Part shown: in pieces, positions 11,060 to 20,637 of the stretch
Numbering within the stretch: position 1 is the stretch's first letter
Layout: each line of letters opens with the position of its first letter
Assembly (NCBI RefSeq): GCF_000196355.1
Contig: NC_007614.1
Coordinates: 2,640,001-2,672,000 of the forward strand
Reading direction: 5' to 3'
DNA: 32,000 bases
DNA from: Nitrosospira multiformis ATCC 25196
Lineage (GTDB): Bacteria; Pseudomonadota; Gammaproteobacteria; Burkholderiales; Nitrosomonadaceae
Position numbers and translations under genes: made by a program
The notes under the pieces: model-generated
Seen by the model: only the letters and a program-made list of their open reading frames with translations
Told to the model about the DNA's origin: nothing
Databases searched by the model: none

Positions 11060-12667
11060 TCAAACATCGACAGACTCCTGAAACACAAGCCCGGCGTGCT
11101 CGCGCATTTTGTGGAAACGAATGTGTTTCCAGTTTTCTTCGGCCACGCTGAGTTCCGCGCCAAAGGAGGCCAGGAATGTCGGTGCGCCCACGGCATCATA
11201 AGCGACGCGGTGGGCGTTGGTGTCGATGAAACGTTTGAGTTCGCGTGCATCCTCAGCGGTAATCCATCGCGCCAGCTGGTATTTCGCGGGAGCAAGACGT
11301 GCATCCACGCTGTATTCATACTTGAGGCGATGTGCGACAACGTCGAATTGTAAAGCTCCAACGGCGCCGAGCAGCAGCGCGCTGCCCAGGTGAGGCCTGA
11401 AAACCTGGATTGCACCCTCTTCGCCCAATTGCGCCAGCCCCAGTTTGAGCTGCTTGCTGCGCATGGGATCGGCGATTTCCACGGTCTGAAAGATTTCCGG
11501 CGCGAAAAATGGCAGACCGGTAAACTGCAAACGCTCTCCTTCTGTCAACGTATCCCCGAGTTGCAGTGTCCCATGATTGGGAATGCCAATGATATCTCCG
11601 GGATAGGCAACGTCGAGCAGGTCGCGCCGTTGGGAGAGAAAAGATACGACCCCGTTGGTACGAATATCCTTGTCGTTACGCGCAATTCTCAGGTTCATGC
11701 CGCGTTCGAACCGGCCGGAACAGATGCGAACGAAGGCGATACGATCCCGATGGGCTGGATTCATGTTGGCCTGAATCTTGAACACTACCCCCGTAAACCG
11801 GAGTTCATGCGGCTGGACATGACGCTGCAATGCGCTGCGTGAACCAGGGGGGGGGGCAAGACCTACCAGGGCATCCAGCACTTCACGGATGCCGAAGTTA
11901 TTAATGGCCGAACCGAAAAAAACCGGAGTCTGGCGGCCTGCGAGAAACGCTTCCTGGTCGAATTCCGGTGAGGCGCCTCTTATCAGCTCGATTTCCTGCT
12001 GCAGATTCGCGGCCTGGTCTCCAAAACGTTCTGCCAACAGGGGGTTATCCAGGCCTTGGATGATCTCATCTTCATCGTCCAGCCTGTCAGAACCGGGATG
12101 AAAAACACGCATGTGATTGTGCCGCAGATCGAAGACGCCTTGAAAACCGCGCCCCATCCCCATGGGCCACGTAAACGGTACCGCTGCCATGCGCAGTGTT
12201 CGCTCGATCTCATCGATGAGATCGAGTGGCTCGCGCACTTCCCGGTCCATCTTGTTTACAAAAGTGATAATGGGGGTGTTACGCGCGCGGCACACTTCCA
12301 GCAAGCGCAACGTCTGGGCTTCCACGCCGTTGCCGGCATCGATCACCATGAGGGCGGCATCCACTGCGGTCAGCACCCGGTAAGTATCCTCCGAGAAATC
12401 CTGATGACCCGGCGTATCGAGCAGATTGATGACACAATCCCCATACTCCATCTGCATGACCGAGCTGGCAACCGAAATGCCCCGTTGCTTCTCGATCTCC
12501 ATCCAGTCGGAGGTCGCGTGGCGGCTCGCCTTCCGCGCCTTGACGCTGCCGGCGATATGGATGGCGCCGGCAAATAACAGTAATTTTTCCGTGAGTGTCG
12601 TTTTACCGGCATCCGGGTGAGAAATTATGGCAAACGTGCGCCTGCGCGCCACTTCCTGACCAACCAT
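11060..12667 (-). CDS. prfC: Peptide chain release factor 3 (535 aa)
   Basis: RRTFAIISHPDAGKTTLTEKLLLFAGAI (G1) is present, followed by LLDTPGHQDF (G3) and NKMDR (G4). Overall it looks like RF3. The SD GAGAAGGA lies upstream of the ATG. Confidence 0.94.
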   Translation of the reverse strand: MVGQEVARRRTFAIISHPDAGKTTLTEKLLLFAGAIHIAGSVKARKASRHATSDWMEIEKQRGISVASSVMQMEYGDCVINLLDTPGHQDFSEDTYRVLTAVDAALMVIDAGNGVEAQTLRLLEVCRARNTPIITFVNKMDREVREPLDLIDEIERTLRMAAVPFTWPMGMGRGFQGVFDLRHNHMRVFHPGSDRLDDEDEIIQGLDNPLLAERFGDQAANLQQEIELIRGASPEFDQEAFLAGRQTPVFFGSAINNFGIREVLDALVGLAPPPGSRSALQRHVQPHELRFTGVVFKIQANMNPAHRDRIAFVRICSGRFERGMNLRIARNDKDIRTNGVVSFLSQRRDLLDVAYPGDIIGIPNHGTLQLGDTLTEGERLQFTGLPFFAPEIFQTVEIADPMRSKQLKLGLAQLGEEGAIQVFRPHLGSALLLGAVGALQFDVVAHRLKYEYSVDARLAPAKYQLARWITAEDARELKRFIDTNAHRVAYDAVGAPTFLASFGAELSVAEENWKHIRFHKMREHAGLVFQESVDV

Positions 12668-12684
12668 TCGGGGTATTCCTTCTC

Positions 12685-14784
12685 TTATGCCTGTGTTTTA
12701 CGGTCTGACTGCTCCTCGTCTTGAGGATAAAGATAGCAGTGTGCCGTATGCGTTGAACTGAATGTGCTTGCTGCCGGGTAGTTTTTATGGCAGACCGGCA
12801 TGACATGGGAGCAACGGGGATGAAAATGGCAGCCCTGCGGCGGATTGGCGGGGGACGGAAGGTCGCCGTGCAGGCGAATAACCTTCCGCTTCGACTCCAG
12901 TTCGATAACGGGAACAGCGGATAACAATGCCTGCGTATAGGGATGGCGGGGACTGCCCAGAACTTCGTCCACTGTCCCGCGTTCCACTATCCTTCCCAGA
13001 TACATGACCGCGATCTCATCCGCAATGTATTCGACCACTGAAATATTATGGGTGATGAACAGATAGGCCAGGCCCAGATTGCGCTGCAATTCCCTCAACA
13101 GATTTAAAATCTGAGCCTGTACCGACACATCCAGGGCACTGGTGGGCTCATCACATACGATCAGCTTCGGCTTGACGGCCAATGCGCGGGCAATGGCTAT
13201 CCGCTGGCGCTGCCCGCCGGAGAATTCATGCGGGTAACGCCATTTGGTCTCTGCTGGCAGGCCGACACTTTCGAGTAGCCCGTCCACTCTTTTTTCCTTG
13301 CGTTCTTTTCCGTCATCTTCGACCCTGAGGGCGTTCATCCCCTCTTCGATAATATCGACAATGCGCATTCTGGGATTGAGTGAGGAATACGGATCCTGGA
13401 ATATAAGCTGGAATTCGCCCCGCAGTCTCCTTAACCGGGTGCGCTCCAGGCCTACCAGTTCCATCCCGTTGTAGCGCACGCTGCCCGCTGTGGGAGGGAT
13501 GAGTTGCAGCATGGCTTTTCCTGCCGTCGTCTTTCCGCAGCCGGATTCTCCCACCAGCGCCAACGTTCTGCCCCGATCAATCTTGAGGGATATTCCGTCG
13601 ACTGCCTTGACGTACCCCCCTACACGCCTCATCAAGCCCTTGTGGATAGGGAAATAAACCTTCAGATCAGTAACGGATAAAAGGGAACCATCAGGCGTTG
13701 AGTGCTCCACTGCAGCGCCAGGGAATGATTCAAATTCTCTGCTTTCCGCATCCCGCGTTGCCGGCGCGCCTGCTTGCGCCGAAACCGCTGGTTTGACGAT
13801 CTTCGATCCAAAATTCTGATTAAAGAGGTGACATCTTACCTGCTGCTCTCCGGTCAGCGCGGTCCATCCCGGCGCAACCTGATGACACAATTCCCAAGCC
13901 TGATCGCACCGGTCCGCAAAACGGCAGCCCACGAATTCCCGTGACAGGGAGGGAACGTTGCCCCTGATCGCATCCAGCCGATGACCCTGTTTGCGTCTGT
14001 CCCTGCCGGGCAAGGCAGCAAGGAGCTTACGGGAATAGGGATGCGCCGGGCCGCGAAAAAATGCCTCACGGCTCGCCGTCTCCACGATTTCCCCTGCATA
14101 CATTACTCCCACCCGATGCGCCATTTCCGAAGCCACACCGAGATCGTGCGTAATCAGCAAAATTGCCATACCTTTCTGCTGCTGTAAACTACGCATGAGT
14201 TCCAGCACTTGTGCCTGAATGGTCACATCGAGCGCGGTGGTGGGCTCGTCGGCAATCAGAAGCTCTGGCTCCCCGGCCAGGGCCATGGCAATCATCATCC
14301 GTTGCTTCATTCCACCGGAAAACTGGAAAGGATATTCGTTCATGCGTCTTGCTGCATCTGGTATTCCTACCTGATCTAGAATTTCCACGATGCGTTTTTC
14401 TGCCGCTGGTCCCCGCAAATCGAAATGGCGCTGCAATACCTCGCCAATCTGCTGCGCCACGGTCATCACCGGATTGAGGCTTAGCATGGGCTCCTGAAAA
14501 ATCATGCCAATGCGCTTCCCGCGCACATTGCGCATGGCTGCTTCGGGAAGCAGCAGAAGATCCTCCCCCCCCAGACAGACAGAACCGCCCACGATTTCGC
14601 CGGCTTCCGGCAACAGCCGCATTATCGAAAGCGCCGTGATGGATTTGCCACACCCCGATTCTCCAAGAAGTGCGAATGTTTCACCCTTCATGATCTGCAG
14701 CGTAAGCCCATCGACCGCCCAAACCGGTCGCGGCTCGGTGTGCAAAACCGTCTCTAGATTTTTGATTTGCAGGACAGAACTCAT
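12685..14784 (-). CDS. Fused double-ATPase subunit of an Opp/Dpp/Yej-type peptide ABC importer (YejF-like, 699 aa)
   Basis: There are two Walker A motifs (GESGCGKS twice), two signature motifs ([16 protein letters not shown]) and two Walker B motifs ([24 protein letters not shown]). Each half ends in a 4-Cys oligopeptide-type C-terminal segment. Its ATG overlaps the upstream permease stop (ATGA). Confidence 0.9.
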   Translation of the reverse strand: MSSVLQIKNLETVLHTEPRPVWAVDGLTLQIMKGETFALLGESGCGKSITALSIMRLLPEAGEIVGGSVCLGGEDLLLLPEAAMRNVRGKRIGMIFQEPMLSLNPVMTVAQQIGEVLQRHFDLRGPAAEKRIVEILDQVGIPDAARRMNEYPFQFSGGMKQRMMIAMALAGEPELLIADEPTTALDVTIQAQVLELMRSLQQQKGMAILLITHDLGVASEMAHRVGVMYAGEIVETASREAFFRGPAHPYSRKLLAALPGRDRRKQGHRLDAIRGNVPSLSREFVGCRFADRCDQAWELCHQVAPGWTALTGEQQVRCHLFNQNFGSKIVKPAVSAQAGAPATRDAESREFESFPGAAVEHSTPDGSLLSVTDLKVYFPIHKGLMRRVGGYVKAVDGISLKIDRGRTLALVGESGCGKTTAGKAMLQLIPPTAGSVRYNGMELVGLERTRLRRLRGEFQLIFQDPYSSLNPRMRIVDIIEEGMNALRVEDDGKERKEKRVDGLLESVGLPAETKWRYPHEFSGGQRQRIAIARALAVKPKLIVCDEPTSALDVSVQAQILNLLRELQRNLGLAYLFITHNISVVEYIADEIAVMYLGRIVERGTVDEVLGSPRHPYTQALLSAVPVIELESKRKVIRLHGDLPSPANPPQGCHFHPRCSHVMPVCHKNYPAASTFSSTHTAHCYLYPQDEEQSDRKTQA

Positions 14785-16283
14785 GACGGGAGAGAATCCT
14801 CCGAGGGAGAAGAGGATTTGGTCACCGGTTCTTCCCGATGCTTTTTACGGCGCCATGTTCGCGCCAGTGCGGCTAGAGTCTTCATCCTTGGATCGAACGC
14901 ATTCTGTACCGCATCGGCAAAGAGATTTGCGCTCAGGACCAGCGCAAACATGAAGCTGAAGGCGGCAAACAGCGCCCACCACACCATGGGTTCCCGCGCC
15001 ATTTCCAGGCGCGCGGCGTTGATCATGGTGCCAAAACTGATGGTTGAGGGATCAACACCCACTCCCACATAGGACAGTACAGCCTCTGCCAGCACCAGAC
15101 CGCTGAAATCCATCACGGTGGTGATCAGCACGATGTGCATCACGTTGGGGATAATGTGGCGGCTGATGATGCGCCAGTGGGAAACACCGAATGCGGTGGC
15201 TGCCTGGATATATTCCATTTCGCGCAGCTTCAGGGTTTCGCCCCGCAGAAGCCGGCACAGGCCGGTCCAGCTTGTAACCCCCAATATGATGCAGAGAAAC
15301 AGCAAGCGGAGATCAGCACGCGCAGCGATTGTATCGAAGAGCTCAGGATGAGTCTCCATGTAAACCTGCATCATCAGCACCGTGGCAGCAATCAGCAGAA
15401 CACCGGGAATCGAACTGAGCGTGGTGTACAGGTATTGAATCAAGTCATCTACCCAACCCCGGAAATAACCTGCGGCGACTCCGAGAAGCAGTGCAAAAGG
15501 AAGCATCATCAGTGTCGTGAGCGTTCCTATGAGCAGTCCGGTACGGATACTCTTGAGGGACTGGTAAAATACGTCCTGCCCCACCTTGTCAGTGCCAAGA
15601 ATGTGGTAATCGCTGCACAATGCAAGAGCCGCGCCGCCAAGCAGCAATATCAGGGCAAGCGTCACAAATACCGCTCTCCACGGCACCGGAGTAATACCCC
15701 GCCAGATTGCGGAGAACGTGGATAAAAACCTTTCATTCCTGCGGTGCGCCACGAGCGCTATCACCGATGTCGCGATCAAGAACCAGAGCAGCAGGGCCAA
15801 CCCCGTGCCTGCTGCAGCTCTGGTGGCAATATCGCCGGCGAGCTGAGCTTCCGGATCCTGCAGGTGCGCTCCGCCGAATTTCAGGCGGGGGAATTCGCGT
15901 ACCTGCCCTCCATCCGGCAACTCCACGGTTTCGCGAGCGTAGAGATGCGTGGCGAAAGGCGCCGAATAGGTTGTCTCCACCTGCGTGCGCAGAGGCGTGC
16001 CAAGCAGGTCGAGCAGGCTCAGCACTTCGACTCCGTAAGCGGCTTCACTGCCGCCATTACCGTTTTGGATGGCGGGACGCAAATGTATCGTGTCGAGCAA
16101 CCCGATAACGATAAAGAACATCAGTATGGTGAGAGCCGCCATGCCGCTTGCACTATGTCCGACGCGCCGCCAGGGGGCGAGAAGATGTTCATGGCGCCGC
16201 ACCTGCCAGGCAAAGATAACGATTACGGCAATCAGAACGTAAACGAGCGCATCAGTCCACAGGATTACAGGTTTGAAAGACAT
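14781..16283 (-). CDS. ABC importer permease, OppC/DppC/YejE-like core with a roughly 215-aa N-terminal extension (500 aa)
   Basis: The C-terminal roughly 280 aa are typical (HILGTDKVGQDVF...; EAA-type loop EYIQAATAFGVSHWRIISRHIIPN). The N-terminal part adds hydrophobic helices and a roughly 90-aa loop. Confidence 0.85.
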   Translation of the reverse strand: MSFKPVILWTDALVYVLIAVIVIFAWQVRRHEHLLAPWRRVGHSASGMAALTILMFFIVIGLLDTIHLRPAIQNGNGGSEAAYGVEVLSLLDLLGTPLRTQVETTYSAPFATHLYARETVELPDGGQVREFPRLKFGGAHLQDPEAQLAGDIATRAAAGTGLALLLWFLIATSVIALVAHRRNERFLSTFSAIWRGITPVPWRAVFVTLALILLLGGAALALCSDYHILGTDKVGQDVFYQSLKSIRTGLLIGTLTTLMMLPFALLLGVAAGYFRGWVDDLIQYLYTTLSSIPGVLLIAATVLMMQVYMETHPELFDTIAARADLRLLFLCIILGVTSWTGLCRLLRGETLKLREMEYIQAATAFGVSHWRIISRHIIPNVMHIVLITTVMDFSGLVLAEAVLSYVGVGVDPSTISFGTMINAARLEMAREPMVWWALFAAFSFMFALVLSANLFADAVQNAFDPRMKTLAALARTWRRKKHREEPVTKSSSPSEDSLPS

Positions 16284-16304
16284 GTCAACCTTGCCGGAAT
16301 ATTG

Positions 16305-17282
16305 TCATTCCAGCCTTATCCTCGGATCTACAAGCGTATAGGAAATGTCGGTCAATATCAGTCCGACGATATAGAGCAACGATCCCAGGAAAACCATCAC
16401 GCGCACCACGGCAAAATCCTGAGAGTTGATCGCATCGATGGTATAGCTGCCCAACCCCGGAATGCCGAAAAATGATTCCACGATCAGGCTTCCCAGAAAC
16501 AGCAGGGGAATTACCACAACGGCACCGGTAAGAATTGGAATCAGGGCGTTCTGCAGCACATGCCGGAACAGCACGGCGCTTTCCGGCAGACCCTTGGCAC
16601 GGGCAGTACGCACGTAGTCCTTGCCCATTTCCTCCAGAAAAAGTGTCCGGTACCAGCGCGTATTCGCGCCGGCGGCGCTGATGACGCCGATAATCACCGG
16701 CAGCACCAGGAACTTGGCCGAATCCAGCCCCTGGCTGTAACCCGATATGGGCACGAGATGCCACAATTTGCTGATCAGAAATTGCCCTCCGATAATATAG
16801 AACAGGCTTGATATGGACATTAGCGCGACGCATAGTACCACACCCCAAAAATCCACGTAGGTGGCCCGAAAAAATACCATCGTCAATGCGAAGGCGATAT
16901 AAACGATGAGTCCCAGCACGAATACCGGAAGTGCAATAGCGAGACTGGGGAGCATGCGCGTCCTGATTTCGTAGGCGATATCGCGCCCGTCATCCGCGCG
17001 GCCGAAGCGGAACGCGAACATGGCGACGGATTTCTCGAAAAATATGGTACGGGTGATTTTCTCCAGGCCCTCCCGGGCGTTGTTGAACATCAGCGGCTGA
17101 TCATAGCCGCGTTCCTGTTTCCACTTGGCGATGGCGTCCGGTGTAACACGCTTGATGCCAAGCTGCATGCGCGCCATGTCATCGGGCGTATTTACGACGA
17201 AAAACAAGGTGAAAGTAATCAGGTTTACGCCAACCAGGATGGGAATCGCATACAGGATGCGCCGGATGATGTAATTAAGCAT
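16305..17282 (-). CDS. ABC importer permease, OppB/DppB/YejB-like (325 aa)
   Basis: The N-terminus is MLNYIIRRILYAIPILVGVNLITF. The EAA loop DYVRTARAKGLPESAVLFRHVLQNALIP is present, and the protein ends ...DISYTLVDPRIRLE. Confidence 0.9.
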   Translation of the reverse strand: MLNYIIRRILYAIPILVGVNLITFTLFFVVNTPDDMARMQLGIKRVTPDAIAKWKQERGYDQPLMFNNAREGLEKITRTIFFEKSVAMFAFRFGRADDGRDIAYEIRTRMLPSLAIALPVFVLGLIVYIAFALTMVFFRATYVDFWGVVLCVALMSISSLFYIIGGQFLISKLWHLVPISGYSQGLDSAKFLVLPVIIGVISAAGANTRWYRTLFLEEMGKDYVRTARAKGLPESAVLFRHVLQNALIPILTGAVVVIPLLFLGSLIVESFFGIPGLGSYTIDAINSQDFAVVRVMVFLGSLLYIVGLILTDISYTLVDPRIRLE

Positions 17283-17291
17283 CAGTCATCC

Positions 17292-19559
17292 CTACCCCTG
17301 CGCTTCCATTTTCAGCGCAACATCCGATATTCCTCTCCCTCGTTCCCTACGCCGGTAAACAAGCACGGCGGGAAGCAGACTTCCGGCAAGCACGGCCAGT
17401 CCTACAACCATCGGCCAGACTACTGGTTCATTCCATTCACGCCGCTTCTGCTCACGCAAAACGCCATCAATGCGCAGATATTTGGCATTGTTGTTTGACA
17501 TCCTGTTCGGCTTTACGTTGCCATACCATGAGTGATACAGGCCATAATCCTTGGGATGATAGCCCCATAGCCAGGGTGCGTCATGACGCAGGATATTGAC
17601 CATTCTATCGATGATTTTCTGGCGAGCGGGACCGTTCTCCATATTCTTCATTTGCTCGAACAACCGGTTATATTCGGAATTGGAGTAATTGGAAGCGTTC
17701 TCGCCTTCATGGTCTACCTTCTGCTGCGGGCCATGTAACAGGAACAGGAAATTCTCCGGATCGGGATAGTCGGCGTTCCAGCCCCACTCGAAAATCTGGG
17801 CATTACCCTTGCGGATCTTGTCCTGAAAGCGGTTGTAGTCCGTGCTGCGCACCACCAACTGGATGTTGAGTTTCTGAAATTGCTTGCGCATCCAGTCGAG
17901 ACTGGATTTATCCTCCGCGCCGCGAGCCGTGACATCGAAATAAAGTACGAGGGGCGCGCCGGTTTTCGCGCTGATACCGTTGGGATAGCCTGCCTCTGCC
18001 AGTAATGCCTTGGCCACTTCGACGGATTTGCGGCGGGACCGTCCGTTTACCCACTCATAGACAACCGGGTTGATGCCTTCCTTACCCTCCCGGTGACCGG
18101 CAATGCCGGGAGCAATCGGACCTTGCGCGGGAATCCCACGCCCGTTGGCAAATATGGAGACATACTCCTCATAATCCACCGCAATGGAAATCGCCTGGCG
18201 CAACTTCCTGGCCGATTCGCGGCCATGCTTCCCCACCCCGCCGACGACCGGGTCGAGCATGTTGAAACCGACATAGTTTGTGGAAGCCGCAACAGCCGTT
18301 TCCAGCCGAATGCCCTGCTCCTTCATGGCTTCGGTTACGGTGGCTTCTCCCTGTCCTGTCAACTGCACGGCCTGGTCGAAACTGTCGGAACCGATATTCG
18401 ATGAATCGTAGTAACCCTGCAGAAACTTGTTCCAGCGCGGAATGCTTTCCTTCTCCCGGCTATATACGATCTTTTCTATAAAAGGCAGGGGCTTGCCCGC
18501 ATCTTTCAGCAACCCCGCTTCCACATCTCCTGGCATTCCATCGGCAGGATAGGTTTCGCCATGAAAATTGGGATTCCTTTCCAGGACCATTGTCCGATTG
18601 GGGTTATTTTCCGACAGCATATAAGGGCCGGTCCCGACGGGATACCAGTCGAGGTTGATATTTTTTTCTGCCAATCCTTTCTGACTGTAGAAGCGCTCAG
18701 CCTCCCAAGGAATAGGAGCGAAAAAAGGCATGGTGAGCCAGTACCTGAACTGGGGATATTTGCCCTTGATCTTGATGCGATAGGTATACCGGTCCACCAC
18801 TTCGGCCCCCTCCAGGGGGTAACGCGCAAGATCCAGGTAATCCTCGCCGTCCTGCTCGCCTCCGCTCTGCTCCCCCTGCTCCCTGGACTGCTCTTTGGCC
18901 GCCATCTCGAGCATCGCCGCATATTCCTTGAGGCCCACGATGTAATCGGACATCAGGCCAAAAATGGGAGAGTGCAGCCGGGGATGAGCCAGCCGCTTGA
19001 CCTGGAAAACGTAATCCGCAGCCGTGAGTTCCCGGGAGCCGGTTTGTGGAAAATCGCTCAACTTGTAAATGCCACGTACGTCCTCCTCGCCAAGCCGGTG
19101 ATAAAGGAACTTTCCCTGTGAGTCCCTGGCAAAGGCCGGATGAGGTTGATAACGTATACCGGACTTGATTGAAATTTCATAAACGGTAAAGGCGATCTGA
19201 GCGGCGTCCACATTGTCGCCCAGGCGCGCGCCTTTTTCATCGAAATAATGCACCTCCGGCATTTTCGTCGCGGTAGCGGGAATCAATTCGTAGGGGCGTT
19301 TCAGGTAATGGTATTGCAGCGGCGGTTCATATATCTGCGCCGTAAAAAGAATCTCATTGGAACTGTAGGACTGCACGGGGTCCAGATGCTTGGGGCGTTC
19401 GGCAAAAGCTGCATAAAGTATATTTTTTTCCGCATCCGCGGCAGGATATGGACTGTTCCACGGGTTGCCGCTGCAGGCGCACACCAGAACAGCAAGGAAT
19501 GCGGGAAGGAGGTGCGTGGCTGGCAAGGTTGGGGCCTTATTCAGAAATTGGGTAAACAC
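17292..19559 (-). CDS. Family-5 (peptide/nickel type) ABC substrate-binding protein, unusually long (755 aa), with N-terminal signal/lipobox-like segment and C-terminal hydrophobic anchor
   Basis: It resembles SBP_bac_5 throughout (e.g. RYQPHPAF, NPNFHGETYP, WNADYPDPENFL). It begins with GTG and has no obvious SD, so the start is uncertain. The N-terminal segment LAVLVCACSG is lipobox-like. The C-terminal segment is WPMVVGLAVLAGSLLPAVLVY followed by RRRERGRG. Confidence 0.8.
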   Translation of the reverse strand: MFTQFLNKAPTLPATHLLPAFLAVLVCACSGNPWNSPYPAADAEKNILYAAFAERPKHLDPVQSYSSNEILFTAQIYEPPLQYHYLKRPYELIPATATKMPEVHYFDEKGARLGDNVDAAQIAFTVYEISIKSGIRYQPHPAFARDSQGKFLYHRLGEEDVRGIYKLSDFPQTGSRELTAADYVFQVKRLAHPRLHSPIFGLMSDYIVGLKEYAAMLEMAAKEQSREQGEQSGGEQDGEDYLDLARYPLEGAEVVDRYTYRIKIKGKYPQFRYWLTMPFFAPIPWEAERFYSQKGLAEKNINLDWYPVGTGPYMLSENNPNRTMVLERNPNFHGETYPADGMPGDVEAGLLKDAGKPLPFIEKIVYSREKESIPRWNKFLQGYYDSSNIGSDSFDQAVQLTGQGEATVTEAMKEQGIRLETAVAASTNYVGFNMLDPVVGGVGKHGRESARKLRQAISIAVDYEEYVSIFANGRGIPAQGPIAPGIAGHREGKEGINPVVYEWVNGRSRRKSVEVAKALLAEAGYPNGISAKTGAPLVLYFDVTARGAEDKSSLDWMRKQFQKLNIQLVVRSTDYNRFQDKIRKGNAQIFEWGWNADYPDPENFLFLLHGPQQKVDHEGENASNYSNSEYNRLFEQMKNMENGPARQKIIDRMVNILRHDAPWLWGYHPKDYGLYHSWYGNVKPNRMSNNNAKYLRIDGVLREQKRREWNEPVVWPMVVGLAVLAGSLLPAVLVYRRRERGRGISDVALKMEAQG

Positions 19560-19841
19560 AGGCTTGATGATACAGCGGCAATTCTTGATTCCTCATGGGC
19601 GGATTTTCGGCAAACCGTGTGATTCTACAAGCATGCAGCAGTTGAAGCTATAATGCCGGAGTTGGCCGGGCTCAGCGTGTATTTCAGTTCGATGCCATGC
19701 GTCACGTTATTTGCCGTGTACCTTGACCCTCAGTTTCTTCAAGAGTTCAAGCCGTGCGTGCGACTGCGAGACATCCGGATAAAACAGGGATGCAGTATTT
19801 CTATATTTCACATCATTACTCCAACGCCGCAAGGATATGAC

Positions 19842-20624
19842 ATGACATTTCTCGCCAACAAGCGCATTCTCGTCACGGGCCTTCTGACCAACCGTTCGAT
19901 TGCATATGGCATCGCAAAGGCGATGCATCGCGAGGGCGCCCAGCTTGCCTTTACTTATCAAGGGGAAGGTGTGCGTGAACGGGTCGAAAAAGTCATTAAG
20001 GAATTTGACAGCGATTTGCTGTTTCCCTGTGATGTTTCAAAGGATGAGGAAATCGATCGATGTTTCGATGATCTCTCAAAACGCTGGGATGGCCTCGATG
20101 GCATCGTTCACTCCATTGCCTTTGCTCCACGCGAGGCGCTCAGCGGAGATTATCTTGAAACCGTAAACCGGGAGGCTTTTCGTATTGCCCACGATGTCAG
20201 TTCCTACAGTTTCGCTGCGCTGGCAAAAGCTGCCCTTCCGCTCATGCAGGGACGAAATGGCGCGCTTCTGACACTCTCCTATCTGGGTGCAGCAAGGGTG
20301 ATGCCGAATTACAACGTCATGGGACTGGCCAAGGCAAGTCTCGAAGCCAACGTCCGCTTCATGGCTTCCAGCCTGGGTCCCAAGGGAATACGGGTCAATG
20401 CGATTTCGGCAGGGCCGATCAAAACCTTGGCTGCCGCGGGAATCGGCAACTTTGGAAAACTGCTGAGCTACACGGAGAAGGTCGCGCCGCTGCGGCGTAA
20501 TGTATCGATCATGGATGTGGGCAATGTGGCCGCCTTTCTATGCAGTGATCTGGCAAGCGGCATAACAGGCGAAATTACCCATGTCGATGCCGGATTCAAC
20601 ACGATTGCCTTCGATACCCTCTAA
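19842..20624 (+). CDS. fabI: Enoyl-[acyl-carrier-protein] reductase (NADH) FabI (260 aa)
   Basis: Taken from ORF 19653..20624 trimmed to ATG 19842, which follows AAGGA. It reads [27 protein letters not shown]... and [23 protein letters not shown], containing the FabI Y-x6-K. The upstream 63 codons have no FabI counterpart. Confidence 0.92.
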   Translation: MTFLANKRILVTGLLTNRSIAYGIAKAMHREGAQLAFTYQGEGVRERVEKVIKEFDSDLLFPCDVSKDEEIDRCFDDLSKRWDGLDGIVHSIAFAPREALSGDYLETVNREAFRIAHDVSSYSFAALAKAALPLMQGRNGALLTLSYLGAARVMPNYNVMGLAKASLEANVRFMASSLGPKGIRVNAISAGPIKTLAAAGIGNFGKLLSYTEKVAPLRRNVSIMDVGNVAAFLCSDLASGITGEITHVDAGFNTIAFDTL

Positions 20625-20637
20625 TCCCGGAGCATGC

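Noticed and set aside
19649-19654. Perfect TATAAT about 190 nt upstream of fabI on the plus strand, as a possible fabI promoter.
   Set aside because: There is no acceptable -35 at 16-19 nt spacing, and a single hexamer in a 280-bp divergent intergenic region is weak evidence. It is not reported as a feature.
19653-19841. N-terminal 63-codon extension of the fabI ORF (start at 19653).
   Set aside because: The extension has no FabI counterpart. A good SD (AAGGA) precedes the internal ATG at 19842, which yields a canonical 260-aa FabI.
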